Assembly (NCBI RefSeq): GCF_006345805.1
Contig: NW_021832723.1
Location: 1 to 32,461 of the forward strand
From: Octopus sinensis
Taxonomy: Eukaryota
Reading direction: 5' to 3'
Length of the DNA stretch: 32,461 nucleotides
Part shown: in pieces, positions 21,650-32,461 of the stretch
Numbering within the stretch: position 1 is the stretch's first letter
How the letters are laid out: each line of letters begins with the position of its first letter
The notes under the pieces: model-generated
Databases searched by the model: none
Told to the model about the DNA's origin: nothing
Seen by the model: only the letters and a program-made list of their open reading frames with translations
Made by a program: the position numbers and the translations under genes

Positions 21650-23010
21650 ATCAGGTGCAATAAATGAGAGTGTTCTTTATGCTCTAGCACGTCATTATTT
21701 TTCGAAAAATATCAATGAAGTTAAAGAAATCATAAAGAACATCTTTGGTCTTGCAAACGCTAATATGATTAAAAAGCTTGATTCCTAAAGAACTAAACTA
21801 AGAGTTCTTTTATCAATTAGCAAGCACGGCGTTACAGATAATCAACGAAGAGTCTGCTTTAATTACTCAGGTTTTACACTGTGGTGGTTGTGACTTAGAC
21901 ATTGAGACGACAATAATAAATCTTCAAGTTAGAATGGAAAGAATTGATCTTTTTTTGAGTTCCTAAGCAGTCTTGGAAATAATTTGAAATGTATGTTTTC
22001 AAAAAAGAACAAACAGCTCAAAAGCAACTCAACATGATTACTGAGATTGAAAAGAATGATCCTAAAGTTGTTGATAGGGAACAGTAAAACATGGAATAAT
22101 CAATGCTCCACTTATTTTTGAAGAACGTGGTCAAATTCAAGCACCTTTTAGAGCTAAACTTGAAAGATATATTCGAAATTTTGTTTAAACTATCCTAGGT
22201 TAAAGTTTAAATTAACTATGATTTTGTGGAGCCTGTAGTTTAGGATTTTGTGGATATAAGATCTACTGGAGGTGAAATCATGAAACCTTAATTCATCAGT
22301 GGTTTTATTATGGATATGCATAAACATTTACCTGACGGGAAGGCATGTGCATGTGACGGAATGTATAACTTTTTCATCAAGAAGTTGCACTCTGCATGCG
22401 TTTCTGTGTAAAAAGATAATCCGAATAATTAACGGAGAGTAAATGCCTGATAGCTGGTTTTACACTGGGTTAACTTACTTTGTTTCTAAAGAAACGTGAT
22501 TGTGAGACTCCGAAGGACTTACGCCCTATAACCTGTATGCCAACTTCGTATAAACTTGTCATCAAATGTGTTAATGCAAAACTTGCCGATTTCGTCGAGG
22601 CATTTGGCTTAATCTCTGATAAACAGCTTGGAACGGGGGAGCAACGTCAAGGCGCCAAAGAGCAGGACATTTAACCAATGCTTAAATAAGGAGTATAGAA
22701 ATCTTCATTGGATTGCTCCACATTAGATTGTTAACTTTGTAAAGACTATAATCAAAAAGTGGACAGTAAATCTACATATTGATAGGAAAATAATTGGGAA
22801 GGTAAAGTTAGGCCGGGGAATACTCCAAGGAGATTCATTGTCCCCACTGCTATTCGTTATGGCGATAAATTCCTTAAGCAGGATGCTCAAATCCATGTTT
22901 CGTAAACTCCAAATTAGTTGGAAGATCCCAATATGTTGACATACTCCACAAATCATTTCTTTTGTATTGACAATATTGAAATAATTGCTAAGAAGACGTA
23001 TTAGTCAAAA
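21650..23010 (+). mobile_element. R4/Dong-like non-LTR retrotransposon 5'/RT fragment, copy 1
   Basis: KACACDGMYNFFIKKL, WFYTGLTY, DLRPITCMPTSYKL, QGAKEQ, RGILQGDSLSPLLF, NHFFCIDN (decayed NHLLFIDD). The start is approximate. Confidence 0.85.
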
Positions 23011-23189
23011 TGATGCTGATGATATCACTAGCTCATTAACACTAAGGGGTGACACTTCACATAGCTCCTTCCCTTTTTCTTCCTCTTCTCAGGCTCTGTA
23101 AATCTTCGAGAAAGTGCAGTCCACCATATCATGACTAAATGTCTGGAAGACATAAAATTATAAAATGTATTCACATGCATTTATGCCTG

Positions 23190-24346
23190 ACCATTTCCTA
23201 AAAGGACCACAGCCAATGAAATTTTTAATATAATTGATACTTTTTTTGAGGAAAACAACATAAAATGGATCAAGTGTGTTGGACTTTGTACAGACGGAGC
23301 ACAGTCAATGTCAGAACATAAATCTGGTCTTCAAGTTCTTATAAAAAACAGAGCACCAGAAATTATCTGGACGCACTGCATGCTGCAAAGATCAGCATTT
23401 GTCTCAAAGAATATGAGTCCAGGACTGAACGATATTTTTGCGCAAATTACAAAAGTTATAAACTATATAAAACACAGTCCTTTAAAAGCTAAGCTTTTTG
23501 CAAAGCTGTGTGAAGATATGGATTCAAAATATACATCGCTTTTATACTATTGTGAGGTGCGCTGGCTATCTCGTGTAAAAGTGATTCGAAAGGTGTTTGA
23601 ACTCAAGGATCAAGTTGCAGATTTTCTTGATGAAAATGATATCGAAGATGCAAAATTGTTTAGGGATGATGATCTTATTGTCAAATTTGCCTATTTGGTT
23701 GACATTTTTGGGGAATTGAGTATATTGAATAAATCAATGCAGGGACCTACATTTATTCGCTCAAAAAACAAAATAAAAGCATTTATGAAAAAATTGGTAT
23801 TATGGAAATCAAATAAACAAAAAAATATCTATGACTTGTTTCCACAGTTAAATACCTTATGCCGTCACTTTACTAAAATCTGTAAAATTTGAAAAAATAT
23901 ATATTCATGTCATTCAGGAAGTGAATTAGAATTAATTCGCAATTTTAAAACGAAAATTGTACCAGTCAAATTCTTCAATATAGAGATTTTTAAAACCAAA
24001 GAAGGCGTTCTATCATATGTTCAGATAACAGCATTAAAGAAAACCTTGGGAAACATCTTTATAGATTCTATAAGAATTAAAAAGTTCCCAAAGTGATTTG
24101 ATATTGTTTAAAAACAGAACATTAATGGAATTCTGGTGTGAACTAAGAAATTCATTACTCAGTTCAATAACACTAGAGAAGTTAATTCCATTTTACACAA
24201 CATATCTGTTGTCACGTCTTGCATATTTAAAGTCAAAGTATCGAAATCGTCTTAAAGTAAATGATCAGCGTATTGCCGCCCTATCTGAGACAAAGCCAAA
24301 AATTGATATTTTAATCTCTAAAATGCAAGAACAAAAGTCCCATTAA
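23190..24346 (+). mobile_element. hAT transposase (ZBED5/SCAND3/Buster-like) 3' fragment, copy 1
   Basis: PKRTTANEIF..CVGLCTDGAQSM..APEIIWTHC..CEVRWLSR..KFAYLVDIF; C-terminal KSKYRNRL. Confidence 0.88.
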
Positions 24347-25872
24347 GCAGTTTAATTACATTATAAATGTTTATTAATAAGATTTGATGCTACTATAGAA
24401 TATAGACATGACTACACAAATCATTATAGATTCCAAGAGAATAATAAAGACGACGAGCAATATATTTTTTCACTCAGCATTAACTGCTGGCAAGCAAACA
24501 TAAAAAATCATTAAATATGTTTTTGATTCCAAAATAAACAGAGCTTTCTATTAATACATATATTTTCCCCCTGATCAAAAATTGAGCTGCTGCTGTGTAT
24601 TCTCGCGATAAAAATTGAAAGACTAAGACAATAGAATAGACAAATTAACAAAAAAACGAATGTTCATTCATAATATTTGTTTCTTTATTATAAAACGAAA
24701 TTATCTGATCGAAAACCTCTTTAATATATCTTCTAATTTCGAATTTTTAAAATAACTACTATTCTTCAACATCTATTTTGATATAGATATTATTCAGCTC
24801 AATACCCTGTAGAAAAGAAAATAGTCTCCTGAATGGTACAATGACGGCATTCGCATTGGAGAAATTCCTGACTCCAAAGCAGTATATTTAATTCCAGGAA
24901 CCAAATCCCTTCAAAAGTATTGACTAGAGCAAACTCTAAAACGTCTAAAAGTGGAATAGTCAATTTGAAATTGATTTGATGCAAAAAACAGCGAAATTCA
25001 AAAAATTCCGAAAAAGAAACACTTTGGGCTATATCAGTCAGTTTTAATTGATAAAAATATGATTTTTTAGATTTATTTCCTGAGATGAGCTCATCGTACT
25101 TTACCGTTCTGATAAATGCATGATCAAAAAACGGTGACCGTAGAAAATAAGAAGAGGGTATATAATATTTCTATTAAACATATAAATTATTACACAATGA
25201 AAACATTTATGATTTCGTTCCTTGTTGCGATATAAAAATTGATAATTTTATTTTTAAATATTGGATGTGATGTCGTAGCTTGAGTAAATATCATTCGTAC
25301 GCATTTACGGATGCTCGTACAAAGATCTGTAATTACCATATTTAGATTTTGAAAGTCTTCAAAATTAATTTAAAAATATAACTTGGGATGTTTGAGTATA
25401 ACTCGTTTAGTTTAAAAACATTTGAGTCGAAATCAAAGAAGAAATGACGGTTAATAATATGACAATAATTGCAATTGAGGATTGTCAATTTTTTTGAGAA
25501 TTCATTTTCTAAAAACTATAAAATATAATTTCAGTTGAAACTTTGAAATCGCTATGCGTTTTAGAATTTTTAAATATAACTAAATTATTTTTTCCATATT
25601 CTAGGATCCTTTTACAATGAAGAAGCTTTACTAAGGAATAATTAGATATAAATTAGCCATCAGTGGAAATTAACATTGTAACGCTGTTTTTATAATGAGA
25701 GGGTTCAATAAATCGAATTAGTTTCTCTAAAAATAACTGTAAGAAATTAAAAACCAATAAATGGATCGAATTGAGGTCTAACTAAATTCATCATGGTAAT
25801 TTTAATAAATAAAATAAATTTAAAAATATATTTATTATATAAAATTAATTTTCAAAATCATATAAATTTATT

Positions 25873-26253
25873 TTAATACAGATTTAACTATACTGACCTT
25901 CCGAACTTGTAAGCAATTTGGCAACCACTTAAACCTCCAATCATTCCACCAACACAAAAAACAGATACTGCTACGGACCAGCAAAGAATCACAGAAAATT
26001 TAGTGATTTCAAAGTGATATCGTTCTTTTAGATTAGTTTCTATAAATTTGATTATTTTCTAAGAGCTTTTAATATAGAAAATACTGCTTGTGGTTGGTTA
26101 AGAGCTCCTAGCTGGTATCCAAATTGAAATGAGCCGCCCAATACAGTAATGGCAACTGTATAAATTAATGTCTTGCTGTAAAAAGGTTTCTTAGAAAATT
26201 CATTAAAAATCAATTACATTAAGATTTTCTATTAAATTAGCAGATTCTGTCAT
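25873..26253 (-). pseudogene. Duplicated 5' fragment (exons 1-3) of the GLUT gene, truncated in intron 3
   Basis: Identical to 19748-20128 except one synonymous change (TCT/TCC). The duplication breakpoint removes all downstream exons. Confidence 0.9.
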
Positions 26254-26489
26254 ATTGAAAGAATTTGAAACAATATCAATACAATCGACAATTAAAATTT
26301 AAATATATAAAAATAAAAACCATTAAAGAAAATATCAAAATCAAAAATTAAATTAAAATTAATATGAGGTGCAATAAAGAAATTTTTTTTAATTTCTTAT
26401 TGAAGTCCTAGAAAAAAAGTATTGAAGTCCTAGAAAATTCGGAACTACTTGAATATATATCTAGATGTATCATTTATATAATTTTAAAC

Positions 26490-26925
26490 TAAAAATTTCA
26501 GTTCAGACTCAAAAAAACAGCAGGAAATTAAACAAAGCAGGAAATTGAGAGGAAATTCGATTGTGTCGATAATCTCGACCAAAAATGTCGAAATCAGAGT
26601 TGACACGTCAATCATGACTGAAACGAAAGTCCAATTCAATAAACCTGACATTTTTGTGGGCATTATTTCACAAGATCGTTTAAACCAAATTGAAGTGGAA
26701 TTTCTGCTTGCAAACGAACTGTCGATTTTCCACGAAAGAAAAGTAAAGATTATTACAATTGTCGTGACATAAGATAACTGACCTCTCATCCAGATACAGT
26801 CAAAAATTACAAAGAATACATCTGCTTTATCTGAAAAACCAACAGTAGGAATTTCGTAGGATAACACAAAGCACATAAGAAAGCAGCTAGCCTGTACTTA
26901 GACACGCTTGAAACAGCCAGTACGG
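26490..26925 (+). mobile_element. R4/Dong-like RLE fragment, copy 2
   Basis: Same sequence as 20365-20800 (ORF 26545-26772 is identical). Confidence 0.75.
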
Positions 26926-27428
26926 ATCGGACGGTACATGCAGACTAGCAAGAGAGTTAAAAGAAATCAATACAAAGAAACTAAACGAAAAAAATTATAA
27001 CAAGAGAAAAGGGGAAGAGGGACCAAATCCGTAGAAAATAAGAGCATTTGGGTAATTGACTGCTGCATCTGTCAAGCGAAAACTGTTGGTGTTGAAATTA
27101 TTTAGAGAATTTTTTAGAGCAGGGCGGTATTTGTCCCAAAAAGCTATTTTGAAATTAATGTAAAATATGGTTGTAGGTCAATGTTAGATTTCAGAACATT
27201 CTCGATCGAAATAGCTATCTTTTGCGCCAGTGCCTTTTAAACGTTTCTTTTTTCTTCAATAAAGATTAAAAAATACATTCTCAATTATGGTTAAGTTGAA
27301 GTCACTGTTTAAGTTATAAACGATTTTGCAGGAAATGACAGAGACCAGAATTGGAGTAGAAAGTAGGATCTTTTTGGGAAGAAAGTGTCTCAGGAAAACT
27401 ACTATTTGTCACCATGACAAATATAAAA

Positions 27429-27546
27429 AAGTACGACACTGTGTGTTCCCAGGCGGTCACCCAGCCAAGTACTAGAACAGCCTGTAATCGCTTAACTTCC
27501 GTGTTCAGATGGGAACGGGTATTTACGACTAAGTATGATCGTACTG
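27429..27546 (-). rRNA. RNA5S: 5S rRNA gene, copy 2
   Basis: Identical to copy 1 at offset 6128. Confidence 0.95.
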
Positions 27547-27779
27547 GTTATTAATATCTCGCACTCTTTTTATCTTATATTTTCCATTATTCTTAATATT
27601 CTTAGAATTCAGTATCTTACCGCTAGATGATTTTTCCTTTATAGCTACTGTATTTATCATGATCGCCTTTGGGTTTAATGCAAACACGATTCACATCAGA
27701 GTTAAATAATTACCGAAGTAACTTGTTGTCTTGGGGTTTTGTATCGGCTTGATTATTTGATGACTAGTATGAGTACTAT

Positions 27780-29140
27780 CAGGTGCAATAAATGAGAGTG
27801 TTCTTTATGCTCTAGCACGTCATTATTTTTCGAAAAATATCAATGAAGTTAAAGAAATCATAAAGAACATCTTTGGTCTTGCAAACGCTAATATGATTAA
27901 AAAGCTTGATTCCTAAAGAACTAAACTAAGAGTTCTTTTATCAATTAGCAAGCACGGCGTTACAGATAATCAACGAAGAGTCTGCTTTAATTACTCAGGT
28001 TTTACACTGTGGTGGTTGTGACTTAGACATTGAGACGACAATAATAAATCTTCAAGTTAGAATGGAAAGAATTGATCTTTTTTTGAGTTCCTAAGCAGTC
28101 TTGGAAATAATTTTGAAATGTATGTTTTCAAAAAAGAACAAACAGCTCAAAAGCAACTCAACATGATTACTGAGATTGAAAAGAATGATCCTAAAGTTGT
28201 TGATAGGGAACAGTAAAACATGGAATAATCAATGCTCCACTTATTTTTGAAGAACGTGGTCAAATTCAAGCACCTTTTAGAGCTAAACTTGAAAGATATA
28301 TTCGAAATTTTGTTTAAACTATCCTAGGTTAAAGTTTAAATTAACTATGATTTTGTGGAGCCTGTAGTTTAGGATTTTGTGGATATAAGATCTACTGGAG
28401 GTGAAATCATGAAACCTTAATTCATCAGTGGTTTTATTATGGATATGCATAAACATTTACCTGACGGGAAGGCATGTGCATGTGACGGAATGTATAACTT
28501 TTTCATCAAGAAGTTGCACTCTGCATGCGTTTCTGTGTAAAAAGATAATCCGAATAATTAACGGAGAGTAAATGCCTGATAGCTGGTTTTACACTGGGTT
28601 AACTTACTTTGTTTCTAAAGAAACGTGATTGTGAGACTCCGAAGGACTTACGCCCTATAACCTGTATGCCAACTTCGTATAAACTTGTCATCAAATGTGT
28701 TAATGCAAAACTTGCCGATTTCGTCGAGGCATTTGGCTTAATCTCTGATAAACAGCTTGGAACGGGGGAGCAACGTCAAGGCGCCAAAGAGCAGGACATT
28801 TAACCAATGCTTAAATAAGGAGTATAGAAATCTTCATTGGATTGCTCCACATTAGATTGTTAACTTTGTAAAGACTATAATCAAAAAGTGGACAGTAAAT
28901 CTACATATTGATAGGAAAATAATTGGGAAGGTAAAGTTAGGCCGGGGAATACTCCAAGGAGATTCATTGTCCCCACTGCTATTCGTTATGGCGATAAATT
29001 CCTTAAGCAGGATGCTCAAATCCATGTTTCGTAAACTCCAAATTAGTTGGAAGATCCCAATATGTTGACATACTCCACAAATCATTTCTTTTGTATTGAC
29101 AATTTGAAAATAATTGCTCTCAAAGAAGACGTATTAGTCA
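27780..29140 (+). mobile_element. R4/Dong-like RT fragment, copy 2
   Basis: Same RT motifs as 21650-23010 (ORF 28609-28803 is identical). Confidence 0.85.
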
Positions 29141-29329
29141 AAATGATGGATGCTGTTAATGAGCCTCACATAGCTCATTAACACTAAGGGGTGACACTTC
29201 ACATAGCTCCTTCCCTTTTTCTTCCTCTTCTCAGGCTCTGTAAATCTTCGAGAAAGTGCAGTCCACCATATCATGACTAAATGTCTGGAAGACATGAAAT
29301 TATAAAATGTATTCACATGCATTTATGCC

Positions 29330-30487
29330 TGACCATTTCCTAAAAGGACCACAGCCAATGAAATTTTAACATAATTGATACTTTTTTTTAAAGAAAACAA
29401 CATAGAATAGATCAATTGTGTTGGACTTTGTACAGACGGAGCACAGTCAATGTCAGAACATAAATCTGGTCTTCAAGTTCTTACAAAAAACAGAGCACCA
29501 GAAATTATCTAGACGCACTGCATGCTGCAAAGATCAGCATTTGTCTCAAAGAATATGAGTCCAGAACTGAACGATATTTTTGCGCAAATTACAAAAGTTA
29601 TAAACTATATAAAACACAGTCCTTTAAAAGCTAAGCTTTTTGCAAAGCTGTGTGAAGATATGAATTCAAAATATACATCGCTTTTATACTATTGTGAGGT
29701 GCGCTGGCTATCTCGTGTAAAAGTGATTCGAAAGGTGTTTGAACTCAAGGATCAAGTTGCAGATTTTCTTGATGAAAATGATATCGAAGATGCAAAATTG
29801 TTTAGGGATGATGATCTTATTGTCAAATTTGCCTATTTGGTTGACATTTTTGGGGAATTGAGTATATTGAATAAATCAATGCAGGGACCTACATTTATTC
29901 GCTCAAAAAACAAAATAAAAGCATTTATGAAAAAATTGGTATTATGGAAATCAAATAAACAAAAAAATATCTATGACTTGTTTCCACAGTTAAATACCTT
30001 ATGCCGTCACTTTACTAAAATCTGTAAAATTTGAAAAAATATATATTCATGTCATTCAGGAAGTGAATTAGAATTAATTCGCAATTTTAAAACGAAAATT
30101 GTACCAGTCAAATTCTTCAATATAGAGATTTTTAAAACCAAAGAAGGCGTTCTATCATATGTTCAGATAACAGCATTAAAGAAAACCTTGGAAACATCTT
30201 TATAGATTCTATAAGAATTAAAAAGTTCCCAAAGTGATTTGATATTGTTTAAAAACAGAACATTAATGGAATTCTGGTGTGAACTAAGAAATTCATTACT
30301 CAGTTCAATAACACTAGAGAAGTTAATTCCATTTTACACAACATATCTGTTGTCACGTCTTGCATATTTAAAGTCAAAGTATCGAAATCGTCTTAAAGTA
30401 AATGATCAGCGTATTGCCGCCCTATCTGAGACAAAGCCAAAAATTGATATTTTAATCTCTAAAATGCAAGAACAAAAGTCCCATTAA
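29330..30487 (+). mobile_element. hAT (ZBED5/SCAND3-like) transposase fragment, copy 2
   Basis: Same as 23190-24346 but with two extra TGG>TAG stops. Confidence 0.88.
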
Positions 30488-32003
30488 GCAGTTTAATTAC
30501 ATTATAAATGTTTATTAATAAGATTTGATGCTACTATAGAATATAGACATGACTACACAAATCATTATAGATTCCAAGAGAATAATAAAGACGACGAGCA
30601 ATATTTTTTTCACTCAGCATTAACTGCTGGCAAGCAAACATAAAAAATCATTAATATGTTTTTGATTCCAAAATAAACAGAGCTTTCTATTAATACATAT
30701 ATTTTCCCCCTGATCAAAAATTGAGCTGCTGCTGTGTATTCTCGCGATAAAAATTGAAAGACTAAGACAATAGAATAGACAAATTAACAAAAAAACGAAT
30801 GTTCATTCATAATATTTGTTTCTTTATTATAAAACGAAATTATCTGATCGAAAACCTCTTTAATATATCTTCTAATTTCGAATTTTTAAAATAACTACTA
30901 TTCTTCAACATCTATTTTGATATAGATATTATTCAGCTCAATACCCTGTAGAAAAGAAAATAGTCTCCTGAATGGTACAATGACGGCATTCGCATTGGAG
31001 AAATTCCTGACTCCAAAGCAGTATATTTAATTCCAGGAACCAAATCCCTTCAAAAGTATTGACTAGAGCAAACTCTAAAACGTCTAAAAGTGGAATAGTC
31101 AATTTGAAATTGATTTGATGCAAAAAACAGCGAAATTCAAAAAATTCCGAAAAAGAAACACTTTGGGCTATATCAGTCAGTTTTAATTGATAAAAATATG
31201 ATTTTTTAGATTTATTTCCTGAGATGAGCTCATCGTACTTTACCGTTCTGATAAATGCATGATCAAAAAACGGTGACCGTAGAAAATAAGAAGAGGGTAT
31301 ATAATATTTCTATTAAACATATAAATTATTACACAATGAAAACATTTATGATTTCGTTCCTTGTTGCGATATAAAAATTGATAATTTTATTTTGAAATAT
31401 TGGATGTGATGTCGTAGCTTGAGTAAATATCATTCGTACGCATTTACGGATGCTCGTACAAGGATCTGTAATTACCATATTTAGATTTTGAAAGTCTTCA
31501 AAATTAATTTAAAAATATAACTTGGGATGTTTGAGTATAACTCGTTTAGTTTAAAAACATTTGAGTCGAAATCAAAGAAGAAATGACGGTTAATAATATG
31601 ACAATAATTGCAATTGAGGATTGTCAATTTTTTTGAGAATTCATTTTCTAAAAACTATAAAATATAATTTCAGTTGAAACTTTGAAATCGCTATGCGTTT
31701 TAGAATTTTTAAATATAACTAAATTATTTTTTCCATATTCTAGGATCCTTTTACAATGAAGAAGCTTTACTAAGGAATAATTAGATATAAATTAGCCATC
31801 AGTGGAAATTAACATTGTAACGCTGTTTTTATAATGAGAGGGTTCAATAAATCGAATTAGTTTCTCTAAAAATAACTGTAAGAAATTAAAAACCAATAAA
31901 TGGATCGAATTGAGGTCTAACTAAATTCATCATGGTAATTTTAATAAATAAAATAAATTTAAAAATATATTTATTATATAAAATTAATTTTCCTCTTATT
32001 TAG

Positions 32004-32461
32004 TATCTCCTCTAACCCAAGAGAAGATTCCTTCTGAAAACATTCCTCAGCACATGAGAATTGGTGAGTCTCTGACTTTAAATTTTCAGGACTCTTGGCA
32101 TCAAGCTGGAAGGAGCAGAGAGAGAGGCATTTCGAAGAACGGAAGGAGCAGCAGGATGTATATGTCTCAGGAGATGCAATGAATATGTCTTTGAAAAATA
32201 TTGCAGAGAGGAGGTCGGACATATTTGGAGAAGGTGATATTGAGACTGATATTGGGAAAAAAGTAACTTGATTTTTTTGAATTACTAGGTTGGAGTTGGA
32301 GAAAATGAGCAGCCAGCTAATCTTGTGATATGGGATGGCCATTCTTCTTCTCTTCAAAGAGTCACTCAAAAAGCACGAGAAAATGTTACTTTGGACGACC
32401 AGATTGATGAATTGCATAAACGTACTGGATATTTGTTTGCTATTGAGTTTTCATTGTTTTA
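32004..32461 (+). CDS. SF3A1: Splicing factor 3A subunit 1 (Prp21), internal segment only
   Basis: SPLTQEKIPSENIPQHMRIG|LLASSWKEQR..SLKNIAERRSDIFG..DIGKK|..WDGHSSSLQRVTQKARENVTLDDQIDELHKRTG matches recalled SF3A1 (SPITGEKIP..HMRIGLLD..LAERRTDIFG..WDGHSGS..ITLQEQIEAIHK). Two 26-nt introns at 32064-32089 and 32263-32288. Confidence 0.92.

Larger units (their letters stand above)
19748..25853. repeat. Copy 1 of a ~6.1-kb tandem segmental duplication
   Basis: Near-identical to 25873-31992, with the offset drifting from 6125 to about 6140. A 19-nt linker (25854-25872) separates the copies. Confidence 0.97.
25873..31992. repeat. Copy 2 of the ~6.1-kb tandem duplication
   Basis: Duplicated ORFs in the track (e.g. 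22480/28609, 24098/30239, 24799/30938) and line-by-line identity. Confidence 0.97.

Noticed and set aside
22323-22340. AACATTTACCTGACGGGA resembling the U1 5' end
   Set aside because: It lies in frame within the RT coding remnant (HLPDGKAC..DGMYN), and no U1 stems or Sm site follow.
24900-25150. Alternative genetic code (TGA=Trp) suggested by in-frame TGA codons
   Set aside because: TAG and TAA stops also interrupt these frames, and intact genes use TGG for conserved Trp with standard stops.
29380-29670. G>A hypermutation (RIP/APOBEC-like) in hAT copy 2
   Set aside because: There are about six G/A differences, but also A>G and T>C changes, and at least one appears derived in copy 1. Too few and unpolarised.
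19748-31992. 6.1-kb unit as a composite transposon or Helitron
   Set aside because: No terminal inverted repeats, target-site duplication or Helitron TC/CTRR ends with hairpin were seen at the boundaries.
31974-32417. 147-aa minus-strand ORF
   Set aside because: It is the antisense shadow of SF3A1 exons.
1-32461. CRISPR array or prokaryotic operon
   Set aside because: There are no regularly spaced repeat-spacer arrays, and the content is eukaryotic throughout.

Overview
AT-rich eukaryotic, animal-like genomic DNA from a compacted genome. Almost every gene is split by very short spliceosomal introns, mostly 22-36 nt. This resembles a reduced parasite such as a myxozoan, but the taxon is an inference. 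Hand-spliced protein-coding genes are RPN1/PSMD2 (3' part), RSL24D1, PIGU (two apparent 1-nt frameshifts), DNTTIP2/FCF2, an unassigned 154-aa three-exon gene, a class I GLUT/SLC2A sugar transporter, and an internal piece of SF3A1 at the right edge. RNA genes are one U2 snRNA with an extra nucleotide next to the branch-site recognition motif and two identical 5S rRNA genes. The spaces between genes hold decayed transposons: CRE-like, R4/Dong-like, RTE-like and I/Jockey-like non-LTR elements, plus hAT and Tc1-like DNA transposons. The right 40% is a near-identical tandem duplication of about 6.1 kb (19748-25853 and 25873-31992). It starts inside a GLUT intron and ends against an SF3A1 segment whose 5' part is missing, so it could be a real rearrangement or an assembly artefact. 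No prokaryotic systems such as CRISPR arrays or operons are present. All identifications come from manual translation and recalled family motifs; no database searches were run.
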